From: an uncultured delta proteobacterium
GTDB lineage: Bacteria > Desulfobacterota > Desulfomonilia > UBA1062
Reading direction: 5' to 3'
Assembly: GCA_963785235.1 (NCBI GenBank)
Contig: CAWAUM010000005.1
Location: 416,001 to 480,000 of the forward strand
DNA length: 64,000 nt
The translations under genes were made by a program, and so were the position numbers. Shown piece after piece: positions 49,161 through 60,212 of this stretch (positions are counted from its first letter, which is position 1; the number at the start of each line of letters is the position of its first letter). The notes below the pieces were generated by a model. The model was not told where the DNA came from, searched no databases, and saw only the letters and a list, made by a program, of their open reading frames with translations.

Positions 49161-51374
49161 TTATACCTGTCTTAGAATATCCTTTTCGTTTTCCGGAAGA
49201 GGTCTCAATGCTTCGCGTGCAGTATTAGGCTGGGTGGCTTTTATCTTATATACCTGGCTTGTCGCCAACCCTTCAGTATGGATAGCCCTGTGGACCTTGA
49301 AGGACTTCCTTTGGAGGAACTCTTCTTTCTTGCCGTTGTTCCATTGGGCCACAGGCCTCAGGTACCCCACAACACGTGAATAAACCTCGGTAGTCTCACC
49401 GCAGTCAGGGCACTGAGCGTGGTTGCCTGTGAGGTATCCATGGCCAGGGCAAACGCTGAAGGTGGGGCTGAAGGTGAAGTAGGGAATCTTATAACCAAGA
49501 CAGATCTTCTTTACCAGGAGTTTGATCACCTCAGGGTCATCCACTCGCTCACCTGCAAAAAGATGCATGACTGTCCCACCGGTATACTTGGTCTGGATCT
49601 CATCCTGGAGGTCAAGTGCCTCGAATATGTCGTCGGTGTAATTCACCGGGAGCTGTGAAGAGTTCGTATAGTATGGCTCATGGCCCTGCCTATATGCGTC
49701 TTCATTAGCGCAGATGATGTCAGGAAAGGCCTTCTTGTCGATCCGAGCCATTCGATATGATGTGCCTTCAGCCGGCGTTGCCTCAAAGTTGTAATTGTTG
49801 CCTGTCATCTCCTGGAGGAGGACCAGCTTATGCCTTATAAAATCTGAGACCCTCAGTGCAAAGGCTTTCCCTTGATCGGTGCCGATATCTTTTCCGAAGA
49901 GATTCTCACAGGCCTCGTTCATGCCCAGAATGCCGATTGTCGAGAAGTGGTTTTTCCAGTACTCGCCGAATTTCTCTTTCATCCCTATAAGGTAATACTT
50001 CGTATACGGGTATAGATTACTCTGTGTAAAGCTCTCCAATACCTTTCGTTTGATTTCAAGGCTTGAGCTGGCGATATCGATAAGCGCCTCGAGTCTGCTC
50101 ATGAAATCCGTCTCGCTTGTACTCAGGTATCCTAGTCTCGGCAGGTTGATGGTTACAACTCCTATGGAGCCGGTGAGCGGATTTGATCCGAAAAGACCGC
50201 CTCCCCTCTTGACCAGTTCCCGATTGTCGATCCTGAGCCTGCAGCACATGCTCCTCGCATCGCCCGGGTCCATATCGGAATTGATGAAATTGGAGAAATA
50301 GGGAACCCCGTATTTTGCAGTCATCTCCCACAGACCGGCAATGTTCGGATTATCCCAGTTGAAGTCGGATGTAATATTATAGGTGGGAATAGGGAACGTG
50401 AACACCCTGCCCTTGGCATCACCGGCAGCCATTACCTCAACAAAGGCACGGTTGAACATGTCCATTTCCTGTTGGAATTCTCCGTATGTTGCTTCCTGTA
50501 TCTTTCCGCCGATTACCACACCCTGGTCCTTGTAGTGTGCCGGCACATCAAGGTCCAGTGTCACGTTGGTGAACGGGGTCTGGAAGCCTACCCTTGTGGG
50601 TACGTTGATGTTAAAGATGAATTCCTGAAGGGCCTGCTTGACCTGAACATAATCAAGTCCATCAAATCTGATAAAGGGCGCCAGCAGGGTGTCAAAGTTG
50701 GAGAATGCCTGGGCCCCGGCAGCCTCGCCTTGAAGGGTGTAGAAAAAGTTCACGATCTGTCCTAAAGCGGTGCGGAAATGTTTGGCCGGTTTGCTTTCAA
50801 CCTTGCCTGCTGCGCCCTTGAAACCCTGGACGAGGAGATCGTAAAGGTCCCATCCAACGCAATAGACGCTGATGATGTTGAGGTCGTGTATATGGAAATC
50901 CCCGCCGGAGTGGGCATTTCTTACTTCAGGAGGATAGATCTTGTTAAGCCAGTAAATCTTGCTGATCTCTGATGACAGGTAGTTGTTAAGACCCTGGAGA
51001 GAAAACGCCATGTTGCTGTTTTCGTTCACCTGCCAGTCCAGCTTATCGAGATACTGGTCGATCAGATCAACCCCCATACCGTCCTTGATCTCGCGAATTT
51101 TTGCGTGCTGGTCACGGTAGATTATATATGCCTTTGCTGTTTTTTTGAGCATCGACTGGAGGAGCACTTCCTCCACGATGTCCTGGATCTCCTCTACTGT
51201 GGGTATGTCTGTTACGGTCTGCTCAGCAATGGACAGGACCTTGACCATAAGTTTGTGTGCCGTGGCGTCATCAAACTCTCCGGTGGCACTGCCGGCCTTG
51301 GCTATGGCAGCTGTGATCTTGGAAGCATCAAAGGTTACTACCCGGCCATTTCTCTTCTTGATGGTGATGAACAT
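49161..51374 (-). CDS. nrdD: Class III anaerobic ribonucleoside-triphosphate reductase with ATP cone
   Basis: IKKRNG ATP cone, HIHDL, SMCCRL, EATPAEG, CxxH..CxxC, glycyl-radical motif YSRVVGYL. Confidence 0.96.
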   Translation of the reverse strand: MFITIKKRNGRVVTFDASKITAAIAKAGSATGEFDDATAHKLMVKVLSIAEQTVTDIPTVEEIQDIVEEVLLQSMLKKTAKAYIIYRDQHAKIREIKDGMGVDLIDQYLDKLDWQVNENSNMAFSLQGLNNYLSSEISKIYWLNKIYPPEVRNAHSGGDFHIHDLNIISVYCVGWDLYDLLVQGFKGAAGKVESKPAKHFRTALGQIVNFFYTLQGEAAGAQAFSNFDTLLAPFIRFDGLDYVQVKQALQEFIFNINVPTRVGFQTPFTNVTLDLDVPAHYKDQGVVIGGKIQEATYGEFQQEMDMFNRAFVEVMAAGDAKGRVFTFPIPTYNITSDFNWDNPNIAGLWEMTAKYGVPYFSNFINSDMDPGDARSMCCRLRIDNRELVKRGGGLFGSNPLTGSIGVVTINLPRLGYLSTSETDFMSRLEALIDIASSSLEIKRKVLESFTQSNLYPYTKYYLIGMKEKFGEYWKNHFSTIGILGMNEACENLFGKDIGTDQGKAFALRVSDFIRHKLVLLQEMTGNNYNFEATPAEGTSYRMARIDKKAFPDIICANEDAYRQGHEPYYTNSSQLPVNYTDDIFEALDLQDEIQTKYTGGTVMHLFAGERVDDPEVIKLLVKKICLGYKIPYFTFSPTFSVCPGHGYLTGNHAQCPDCGETTEVYSRVVGYLRPVAQWNNGKKEEFLQRKSFKVHRAIHTEGLATSQVYKIKATQPNTAREALRPLPENEKDILRQV

Positions 51375-51519
51375 ATCATTCTCCCCCTTGGAGTGTAAAA
51401 CTCATAAAATTACTTTTACTAATGACAATTCCGCCTTAATTTCCCCTCTACCTTATAAATTTCTCTTGCTGATACTGTCATTGCTCTCATCAGATTGCAT
51501 CAAGTTGTTTCATCTCTTA

Positions 51520-51566
51520 ATACTATATATAGTGTATTTAACCTATCACCATACTATATATAGGGC
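51520..51566. promoter_or_regulatory. Tandem NrdR boxes upstream of nrdD
   Basis: ATACTATATATAGTGT (51520-51535) and ATACTATATATAGGGC (51551-51566) match the acaCwAtATaTwGtgt consensus and start 31 bp apart, the typical spacing. Confidence 0.88.
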
Positions 51567-51592
51567 ATTAGTATGAGAATGCAAGGGAAAAA

Positions 51593-53398
51593 TTAATCAC
51601 TATCCTTATACATTCTTTCGATCTCATGAGCAAAGTTCGCAGAGACTACATTTCGTTTGATCTTGAGTGTGGGAGTGAGTTCTCCGGTCTCAATGCTGAA
51701 TTCCTTCGGAAGAATTGTGAACCTGCGGATCTGTTCCACCCTTGCATAATCCTTCATGAGCATCTTAAGCTTATCATTATAAAAAGAAACGATCTCCGGC
51801 TTTTTAACGAGGTCTTCAGGTGAATCGAAAGAAATACCATGTTTATTAGCATAGTTATTCAGCTCAATGAAGTTAGGTACAATCAATGCGCTTAGGTACT
51901 TTTTGCCTTCACCAATTACAACTGACTGTTCGATAAAGAGATCCGAAACAAGGGTGTTCTCGATATTCTGGGGGGCGATGTTTTTTCCACCAGCCGTCAC
52001 TATGATGTCTTTCTTGCGGTCGGTAATATAAAGACATCCGCGTGCATCAATTTTTCCTATATCCCCGGTCATGAACCAGCCGTCTTGCGTAAAGACCGAC
52101 TTGGTATCGTCGGGTTTGTTGTAGTATCCCTTCATTACCTGGGGCCCTTTGATGAGGATCTCCCCGTCCTGAGCGATCATGACCCGGGTATCAGGCAATG
52201 CGGGACCGACCGAACCAAATTCAAAAACATCAAACCGGTTCACATTGGTGACAGGTGTCGTTTCTGTGAGTCCATAGCCATTGTGCACCGAAACACCTAT
52301 ACCGTTGAAGAATCTGTCGATCTCGGGGGCAAGGGCGCCTCCCCCGCTTATGAATAACTTTATACGGTCCAGACCAAGCGTTACGCGCATATTTGAAAAG
52401 ACTATTGCCTCGGCGAGGTCATACTGTATTTTAATGGTAGGAGGCAATGGCTTGTGTTGTACCATGTAATCCACAGCACGGTCTGAGACATTAATTGCCC
52501 ACTCAAAGAGCTTCTTTTTCACAGGGGTTGATTTGTCGGCTTTTGTTTTTATCCCAGAGTAGAGTTTTTCAAATAGCCTGGGAACGCTCACCATCAAGGT
52601 GGGTCTGGTTTCCTGCATGTTCTCGAGTACAGTGGCAAAGCTCTCGGCAAGATTGATGACCGCACCTATGTGAATCATGAGATAGAGAGATACGGTCCTG
52701 CCAAGGGAATGGCTCAAGGGAAGCAAAGCAAGCGACTCGTCCTGGTGGTTGATCATAGGGTGTGATGCATAGGCCTGAAGCACATTGGCGTGGAAGTTAC
52801 CATGGGTGAGCATAACTCCCTTGGGTTGCCCTGTTGTTCCGGATGTATAGATAAGGGTGGCGAGGCTATCCGTATTGATGGCGTTCATACGTTCCTCGAA
52901 GATCGATTTGTCTTTTACCGCATCACCTCTAATCATAAGCTCATCGAGGCTCATGATTTTTTCTCCAGGTATTTTGATTGGATCGAAGGTGATGATATAT
53001 TCAAGATGAGAAATCTTGTTTTTTATGGATAGGATTTTGTCCAGGTGCTCTTTGTCCGACACAAAGACCACCTTGGCCCCCGAGTCGTTTATAATGTAAG
53101 CAGCCTCTGAGCCGGAGTTTGTAGCATAGATGGGAACATCTGTGGCCCCAATGGACAACGATGCAAGGTCCGCCACAATCCACTGCCAACAGTTTTCAGA
53201 AAAAATGCCGATCTTATCTTGCGGATTTACACCCAGAGAAATGAGACCCAGACCGACTTTGGTTACCATATTCCGCATTTCGTTCCAGCTGATGGGTGTA
53301 TATCTTCCGTCTTTTTTGTACCTCACGCATGTTTCATACTGATAACGATCCGCCCTGTTATGGAAGATGCCGGCCATGTTTTTTTCAGAATAACCCAT
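51593..53398 (-). CDS. Long-chain fatty acid-CoA ligase (AMP-binding)
   Basis: YTSGTTGQPKG, GYGLTET, TGDIG, ITDRKKD, ELTPTLK. Confidence 0.95.
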   Translation of the reverse strand: MGYSEKNMAGIFHNRADRYQYETCVRYKKDGRYTPISWNEMRNMVTKVGLGLISLGVNPQDKIGIFSENCWQWIVADLASLSIGATDVPIYATNSGSEAAYIINDSGAKVVFVSDKEHLDKILSIKNKISHLEYIITFDPIKIPGEKIMSLDELMIRGDAVKDKSIFEERMNAINTDSLATLIYTSGTTGQPKGVMLTHGNFHANVLQAYASHPMINHQDESLALLPLSHSLGRTVSLYLMIHIGAVINLAESFATVLENMQETRPTLMVSVPRLFEKLYSGIKTKADKSTPVKKKLFEWAINVSDRAVDYMVQHKPLPPTIKIQYDLAEAIVFSNMRVTLGLDRIKLFISGGGALAPEIDRFFNGIGVSVHNGYGLTETTPVTNVNRFDVFEFGSVGPALPDTRVMIAQDGEILIKGPQVMKGYYNKPDDTKSVFTQDGWFMTGDIGKIDARGCLYITDRKKDIIVTAGGKNIAPQNIENTLVSDLFIEQSVVIGEGKKYLSALIVPNFIELNNYANKHGISFDSPEDLVKKPEIVSFYNDKLKMLMKDYARVEQIRRFTILPKEFSIETGELTPTLKIKRNVVSANFAHEIERMYKDSD

Positions 53399-53558
53399 GA
53401 TATCCTCCTTCTAATTTCTTAAGGTGCCCTCAACTTCTCTTGATGTATGAGTTGATGTTCATATATTATTTTTCATAGATCAACCATTATTTAACGCAGT
53501 AAATTCCATTCCCGGAGAAAGGTTGCCAGAGGTTTTGAAATTGACTATAGTACCACCG

Positions 53559-54395
53559 ATGACGAATGCCTTAAGCATAGATCTTGAAGAATATTTTCAG
53601 ATTCACGCCCTGGCAGGATTGATTCAACCTGACAGGTGGCCCGACTTCCCTTCTTCGATTGAAGATAATACGGTGAGAATCCTGGACCTGCTTGAAAATT
53701 TCCGCATCAGGGCTACCTTTTTCTGCCTGGGTTGGATCGCCGAGCATCACAAGGGACTCATCAGGCGTATTCACAGCCAGGGCCATGAGATAGCTTGTCA
53801 TGGGTTTGCCCACCAGGTCATCTACCAGCAGGATAAGGTTGTGTTCCGTAAAGACGTATCAAGGGCCAAAGATATCCTTGAGGATGTAACAGGGGAGCCT
53901 GTCATAGGGTATCGTGCCCCTACCTATTCCATCACAGAAAAGACCTTATGGGCTCTGACCATCCTTGAAGAGCTCGGATTCAGATATGATTCAAGCATAT
54001 TCCCCATCTATCATGATAACTATGGTATGCCCAATGCCCCCCGGTTTCCCTACCTATTGCCTGACAGCACCCTTGTGGAGTTCCCAATATCCACACACAA
54101 GGTTGGACCGATAAATATCCCCATATCAGGAGGTGGTTATTTCCGCCTGCTCCCCTACTTTTTTACAAAAATCGCTTTGAAGGCATTGATGCACACTAAT
54201 AATCCCTTCGTTTTTTACATTCATCCCTGGGAGTTGAACCCGGATACCCCAAGAGTAGCGGGTATGGATGTTCGCTCCCGTTTCAGAACCTATGTGGGAA
54301 TAGGTACTTCTTTTCAGAAATTCTCTTCACTGCTGCAGGATTTCTCATTTGCTCCCATTCGCGATGTTCTTACCGAAATGAAACTGCTTTCTTAA
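53559..54395 (+). CDS. Polysaccharide deacetylase, exosortase A/PEP-CTERM-associated type; start may be upstream (TTG 53523)
   Basis: NALSIDLEEYF, ATFFCLGW, GHEIACHG, GYRAP, YDSS, GGGYFRL, YIHPWE. Confidence 0.88.
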   Translation: MTNALSIDLEEYFQIHALAGLIQPDRWPDFPSSIEDNTVRILDLLENFRIRATFFCLGWIAEHHKGLIRRIHSQGHEIACHGFAHQVIYQQDKVVFRKDVSRAKDILEDVTGEPVIGYRAPTYSITEKTLWALTILEELGFRYDSSIFPIYHDNYGMPNAPRFPYLLPDSTLVEFPISTHKVGPINIPISGGGYFRLLPYFFTKIALKALMHTNNPFVFYIHPWELNPDTPRVAGMDVRSRFRTYVGIGTSFQKFSSLLQDFSFAPIRDVLTEMKLLS

Positions 54396-54402
54396 AATAT
54401 CA

Positions 54403-56392
54403 CTAATCATTCACAAGCGCCTTTCTGGCCTCGTCCCTGGTTTCATAGATATGAGGGGCTAATTTACGTTTTTTAAGGGCATCCCCAAGCTTCATCCGCA
54501 AGAATGTGTTGGTTGTGTAGCGTGTAACACCTGAATAGTATTTCTTTACCACCCTTTTCACCATGTCGGTGTACTCGTCTACAAGCTCAGGCATGATATC
54601 GAAATGGTCGTAATTGACAATTGTGTACACCTTTTTTCCTAAAGGTAAACAAATATTGGTGACCATTTCTTCTATATCCTTAATATCTTTGCTATTTCTT
54701 ATCTTATGCCCTTCAAAATTGACAAAGAAAAGGTTCTCATCAGCATCATAAGTCAGTCGTTCTTCAAGCTGTAGTTCTGTGAGGTCATTCAGCAGGCCCA
54801 TGGCCGATGGAGCGAAAATCCTCTCATCCATCAGGCGTGGTTTGTTTTTCATGATGGGTATGAAATTCATGTGGCAAAGGATATCTTTTTCAATATCGAT
54901 ACCCGGCGCAACCTCCAAGAGTTCCATGCCCTCTTTTGTCAGCGAGAACACGCACCGTTCGGTGATGTAATAAACAGGCTGCCTCTTCATCATGGCATAT
55001 TGTCCGCTGAAGGTTACCTGTTCCACCTTTTCCAGAAACTTCCTTTCTATTCCCTCCTGGTCGATGATAAGTTTTCCGTCTCTGACAGATGACCTTGAGT
55101 CCTTCTGCTGTGAAGGTACCTACAAAGATTACCTTCCTTGCGTTCTGGCTGATGTTGATGAATCCGCCGCAACCGGCAAGCCTGGTGCCGAACTTGCTTA
55201 CATTCGTATTCCCTTGACTGTCTGCCTGGGCAAGCCCCAAGAAACAGCAATCGAGCCCGCCGCCGTCATAGAAGTCGAACTGGTAGGGTTGGTCGATGAC
55301 ACAATCAGGGTTCGTGGAAGCACCGAAGCTCAGGCCGCCGGCCGGCATTCCACCGATAGTGCCGGGTTCGGTAGTCAGCGTGATATATTCAAGGATCTTT
55401 TCTTCGTTGGCCACCTGTGAGACACCCTCGGGCATACCGATGCCGAGGTTAATGATGCTGTTGCCCTTAAGCTCAAAGGCTGCCCTTCGGGCAATGATTT
55501 TCCTCGCCCCCATCTCCATGGGAGGCAAAGACTGCATGGGGATCTTCAGTTCGCAACTGTATGATGGGTTGTAACGTTCGATAAAGGTCATGAAATGGTT
55601 TTCAGGGCGAGCGACAACAACACAGTCCACCAGAATGCCCGGGATCTTCACCTGCCGGGCATTGAGCGTCCCGCTTTCCGCAATGCGCTCCACCTGGACA
55701 ATCACAAAGCCGCCGGAGTTCTTGGCAGCCATGGCTATGGCCAATGCCTCAATGGTCAGCGCCTCTTTCTCCATGCTGATATTCCCATCCGTGTCGGCAG
55801 TGGTGCCACGGAGAATTGCTACATTTATGGGAAAGGTCTTGTAGGCAAGGTAATCCTTGCCATCAAAACTGACGAGTTCAACCAGGTCTTCCTTGGTTCT
55901 CTCATTTATCTTACCTCCACCAAAACGCGGGTCGATATAGGTCCACATGCCGACAGTGGTAAGGGTGCGGGGCTTATGGGCAGCAATGTCTCGAAACATA
56001 TGAGAGATTACTCCCTGGGGGAGGTTGTAGGCATCGATCTTGTTTTCAATTGCCAGTTTCCCCAGCTTGGGGGCTAGCCCCCAATGACCGCCTATAACCC
56101 TTTTTACAAGACCTTCATGGGCAAGGTGGTTGAGCCCTTTGTCTTTTCCATCCCCCTGCCCTGCCGCATACACCAAGGTGAGGTCTCTGGGTCTGCCTGT
56201 GGCCAAAAAGTATTCCTCAATCTTCTGCAGGATCTCCTCAGGCACACCGATACTGACAAATCCCCCTGTTGCAATGGTGTCACCATCCTGAATGACCTGG
56301 ATGGCCTCCTGAGCGGAAACAATTTTACCTTTCCTCATCCTGGAAGGTGGTAAATCGGAGAGCATGGGATGGATACTGCCGCGTCTGGGCAT
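54403..56392 (-). CDS. Acyl-CoA:acetate/propionate CoA-transferase (YdiF/Pct family) with C-terminal extension; apparent frameshift near 55090
   Basis: [42 protein letters not shown]; after the shift the reading continues [10 protein letters not shown]...[23 protein letters not shown]. Confidence 0.9.
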
Positions 56393-56414
56393 AAGGATCT
56401 CCTCTTTGCGAAAT

Positions 56415-57389
56415 CTACTGGTCAAAAGGAATCGACCCCGGCATGTGGCGCAAGTGAGCTGTGGCACGTGACTTCGTGGAAAAATCAGCGAATGCCCTTT
56501 TCACGGCATCTTCGTGGAGATCCAGGGCACTTGCCACCTCAGGTACAGCGATGTCATGCTCCCATCCATAGAGGAGGTGGTCGAGCTTATCAAAGGGGAT
56601 ACGGAAGAAAAATTCCTGATCGCTCACGGGCAGGCTGAAGGTATCGGGGCTTGGTGCGCGGTTGATGATCTCTGGGGTAACACCCAGGTAGTCGGCGAGC
56701 TGGTAGATCTGGTTCTTGTACAGGTGTGCGATAGGCTCTATATCCGTGCCTCCATCACCATATTTACAGAAATCTCCCAGCAGGTATTCAGTACGGTTCG
56801 TCGTACCTGCGACCACCAAGCCACCTCGTTCAGCCTCGTTATAGAGGTGGATCATGCGTGCCCTGATCTTTATGTTGGCAAAAGAGGTTATGGTCCTGAA
56901 TGCGTCAAATGTAAGCCTTTTCTTCTTCATTGTCCCATCGGGCAGGGCTACCTGTAGGACATAGAAGCTGAAGGCATCTCGTTCCAGGAGGTCTGTTGGG
57001 AGCGTGATATTATACCGGCACGAAGGTGAATATTCAGGGACCAGGGAGCGGATGAACTCGTCTCTTAAGGCATAGGGCATCACACTGTCTACAGTGGGGG
57101 TGATATCAATCTCTTTCCAGCCGATGCCAAGCTTCTCTGCATGGACCCTTGCATAACTGCTGCTTATGGGGTTTGATTCCTTTTCCGGCAAAATGAGACC
57201 CTTTACCGCCCCCTTTCCCACGGCACGAACAGCGAGTTCACTCATGACCGCAGAATCGATGCCCCCGCTTAAACCCACTACGATCCCTGATCGTCGGTAT
57301 ACCGAATTCACCTGTTCCTGAAGGAATTCAACCAGACGAACTGTCTGGGCAGCCGGGTCGATGCGTAAGATATCAGTACCGAATTTCAT
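56415..57389 (-). CDS. nadE: NH3-dependent NAD+ synthetase family
   Basis: [41 protein letters not shown]. Confidence 0.92.
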   Translation of the reverse strand: MKFGTDILRIDPAAQTVRLVEFLQEQVNSVYRRSGIVVGLSGGIDSAVMSELAVRAVGKGAVKGLILPEKESNPISSSYARVHAEKLGIGWKEIDITPTVDSVMPYALRDEFIRSLVPEYSPSCRYNITLPTDLLERDAFSFYVLQVALPDGTMKKKRLTFDAFRTITSFANIKIRARMIHLYNEAERGGLVVAGTTNRTEYLLGDFCKYGDGGTDIEPIAHLYKNQIYQLADYLGVTPEIINRAPSPDTFSLPVSDQEFFFRIPFDKLDHLLYGWEHDIAVPEVASALDLHEDAVKRAFADFSTKSRATAHLRHMPGSIPFDQ

Positions 57390-57450
57390 GCGTTCTCCTC
57401 ATGTTTATTCATCCAAGTCAAGAATCACTGTTCCCGGTTAAGATCATTTT

Positions 57451-58485
57451 CTAGACAGGTCTTCTCTCAGCATTTATGAGTGTCAAGGCCTCAATACCTT
57501 TGGGATTGACCTCCTTGAGAAATCGCTTTACCAGGATATCTTCAGGGTCCTTCACCTTCTTGAGTGCCTGTGCCACATCGATCTTGCCGGCGGCAAAGGT
57601 CTCATGGCCTCCACCCTTGCCGATGCCAAGGGCAATCTTGTGCGCAAGAACCCCGGCCATGTAGTTCGTTCTCTTGGCCCGGATAGAGAAGAGGACGGAT
57701 CCGTTATGCCTTCCATAGCACATGCACCAGCGTATGCCTTCCAACTGGATCAGTTCGTCGGCAAATTCTCCTATCATCTCGGGCCAACTGATAACGTCGA
57801 GCCTGGCTATGATGGCATCCCCGAATATCCTTGCGTTGTTAAGGACTGAATTGAGTTCTTCAAAGTATTGCCGGGGTTTATCCGGATGTTCGATTCGGGA
57901 GAGCTTTTTCTGGAGTATGTGGGGAAAAAGATGGATAGATGCACGGATGTCAGCATCCGTGGATTGTCTGCCCAGATCGCGTGTATCGGATTTGATCCCG
58001 TAATAGAGTGCTGTGGCAACCTTTCTGTCCACCTCGACGCCACTTGAACGCAGGTACTGGGTGACGATGGTAGATGTGCTGCCCACATCCTTAGGGATAT
58101 CAAGGTATTCGGCTTTAAGTGAAGTCTTTCGTAAAGGATGGTGATCGATGATGATGCTGGGGAATACCCCTTTAGGCAGATCGAGGTTACCCGTATGGGG
58201 CTGGCAGTCCACAACGGCGATTACTGAAAAGTTCCTGGGGGAAACAGTATTCAGAGGAACCAGATCTATACCTAAGATCTTCACCATGGCACGGTTTTCA
58301 GCCCTGCCGATAATCCCGCTGTACGCTATGACGCTTGAGATGCCTGCGACCTTCCTGAAGAGGTGTTTAAGTCCGAAGGCAGCGGCAATGCTGTCCGGAT
58401 CGGGGTTCTCGTGGGTAATGATGAGCACCTTGCGTTTCCCCTTGAGGAGACTGAGCAGTTTTTCATCTAACGCATGCCTGGTCAT
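57451..58485 (-). CDS. DHH/DHHA1 family phosphoesterase
   Basis: HENPDPDS, VVD, IDHH, IKSDT, GGGH...AAG. Confidence 0.93.
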   Translation of the reverse strand: MTRHALDEKLLSLLKGKRKVLIITHENPDPDSIAAAFGLKHLFRKVAGISSVIAYSGIIGRAENRAMVKILGIDLVPLNTVSPRNFSVIAVVDCQPHTGNLDLPKGVFPSIIIDHHPLRKTSLKAEYLDIPKDVGSTSTIVTQYLRSSGVEVDRKVATALYYGIKSDTRDLGRQSTDADIRASIHLFPHILQKKLSRIEHPDKPRQYFEELNSVLNNARIFGDAIIARLDVISWPEMIGEFADELIQLEGIRWCMCYGRHNGSVLFSIRAKRTNYMAGVLAHKIALGIGKGGGHETFAAGKIDVAQALKKVKDPEDILVKRFLKEVNPKGIEALTLINAERRPV

Positions 58486-58488
58486 GGT

Positions 58489-58942
58489 TTAATCCTTCTG
58501 GGCAAGATGGATCATATCATATATACGGGAAATATGGGTACCTTTCCAATAGATGCGGCCGCATAGGGGCATCCGGCAAAATTTCGTGTGTGGCATACAC
58601 ATAGTCCGCCACATGACCCTTTACCTCATCGCGGGATCTGTCCACCAGGAGTGTATTGCAGCGGCTGCATCTGATAAAGGGCTCATGCTTAAGATCAAGA
58701 AGAGATGTAAGTTCCTGAAGCTGATCTTGTACATGGTCATGCGAAATAAACACCATGCCTCTTTTTTCAGATAACGTGCCTTTTCTTGTCAGTACGATTC
58801 TGCCGCTTTGCATGGCCTGTTTCATGAAGTCTTCGTCCCATTTGGGCATAAATTCTGTATCAAAGCCAAGGATCCTCAGCCATTTGGCGAGTCTGCCCAG
58901 GTTCTGATCACACAGAAAACGGACCTGATGCCCTGAATGCAT
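58489..58942 (-). CDS. Mut7-C RNase domain protein (apparent frameshift(s) near 58566-58584)
   Basis: FLCDQNLGRLAKWLRILGFD, LTR, RCSRCN; the shifted frame gives CGRIYWKGTH. Confidence 0.85.
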
Positions 58943-59286
58943 CCCTGACATGGAATACCTTCTTGTTCCGATCAATAGTGATTACATCATAACGCATCAG
59001 TGCTTCTATCATACCTTTTGTCTTCAGGTAAGCAAGGGAGGCCCTTATGATCCTTTGCTGCTTCCATACCGGGATCCACTCGAGGGGGTCTCCAAACAAC
59101 GTGTCCTTTGTTGTTGACTTCACTTCAATAAAAACAATCATTTCGTTTATCTTTTGCAATGATATCGATCTCACCGGAACATGCATGAAAGTTGGCAGCA
59201 AGGATTGTGAAACCCTCATGCCTTAAATATTCTCTGGCTATCTCTTCGCCGAGAGCACCTTTTTCTCGGGATGATCTAGGACACAC
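58908..59286 (-). CDS. yraN: YraN-family endonuclease (apparent frameshift near 59150)
   Basis: One frame gives KGALGEEIAREYLRHEG...GEIDIIA; the next gives IVFIEVK...RYDVI...DAF; follows rnhB. Confidence 0.85.
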
Positions 59287-59866
59287 CTCTAAAGGATCTC
59301 CTGTGGATCTGACTTGGGCCTAGCCTGTAGATGGCCTCCATATGGGCTTTGGTAGGATACCCCTTATGCACTGAGAACCCGTAGCCCGGGTACAGTTCAT
59401 CCAATTTTCCCATGTATCTATCCCGGGTTACTTTTGCTACGATGCTTGCAGCTGATATTGATGGTTCCGTGGCATCACCCTTGACCACGGTGATGCATCT
59501 GCAATCAAGAAGCGGCGGCACATTTCCATCCACCAGGGCACATGCAGGACAGATGGCAAGTTTACCCACAGCCTGGGCCATGGCCATCAAGGTGGACTTC
59601 AGGATATTAATTTCATCAATGGTTGCAGCATCCACCATGGAGATGCCGATGTAAACCTCATTTGAGGACATGAGCATCCCAAAGATCTTTTCTCTTTGCG
59701 TTTCACTAAGACGTTTTGAATCTCTTACGAGAGATCGCAAAGGACTCTTGGGATCCATGATTACCGCAGCAGCAACGACAGGGCCCGCCAGAGGGCCCCT
59801 GCCGGCCTCATCCACACCACACAAGGGCCATATACCCTGTGCAATGAGATCTTCTTCCAGGGGCAT
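59276..59866 (-). CDS. rnhB: Ribonuclease HII
   Basis: GVDEAGRGPLAGPV, DSK, DG, SAASIVAKVTRD, HKGY, HRRSF. Confidence 0.98.
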   Translation of the reverse strand: MPLEEDLIAQGIWPLCGVDEAGRGPLAGPVVAAAVIMDPKSPLRSLVRDSKRLSETQREKIFGMLMSSNEVYIGISMVDAATIDEINILKSTLMAMAQAVGKLAICPACALVDGNVPPLLDCRCITVVKGDATEPSISAASIVAKVTRDRYMGKLDELYPGYGFSVHKGYPTKAHMEAIYRLGPSQIHRRSFRGVS

Positions 59867-59867
59867 G

Positions 59868-60212
59868 CTAGAAGCGGATCTCCTTGAGCCGTGCCGCCTT
59901 TCCTCTCAATTCTCTCATGTAGTAGAGTTTTGCACGCCTTACCTTTGAATGCCCTACTATCTCGATCTTTTCGACACTGGGTGCATGAAGAGGGAATACC
60001 CTTTCAACGCCGACGGAGTAGGACTGTTTGCGCACGGTAATGGAAGCCCGGTTATTCCCTCTGTGACGGGCGATAACAACACCTTCGAATAACTGTATGC
60101 GCTGACGTGTACCTTCAACGATCTTCATGGATACACGGACCTTGTCTCCTATGCGTATCTCGGGAAGTTCTTCCTTCATCTGTGCCTTTTCAAATTCATC
60201 AATGATGTTCAT
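59868..60212 (-). CDS. rplS: 50S ribosomal protein L19
   Basis: [25 protein letters not shown]. Confidence 0.98.
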   Translation of the reverse strand: MNIIDEFEKAQMKEELPEIRIGDKVRVSMKIVEGTRQRIQLFEGVVIARHRGNNRASITVRKQSYSVGVERVFPLHAPSVEKIEIVGHSKVRRAKLYYMRELRGKAARLKEIRF

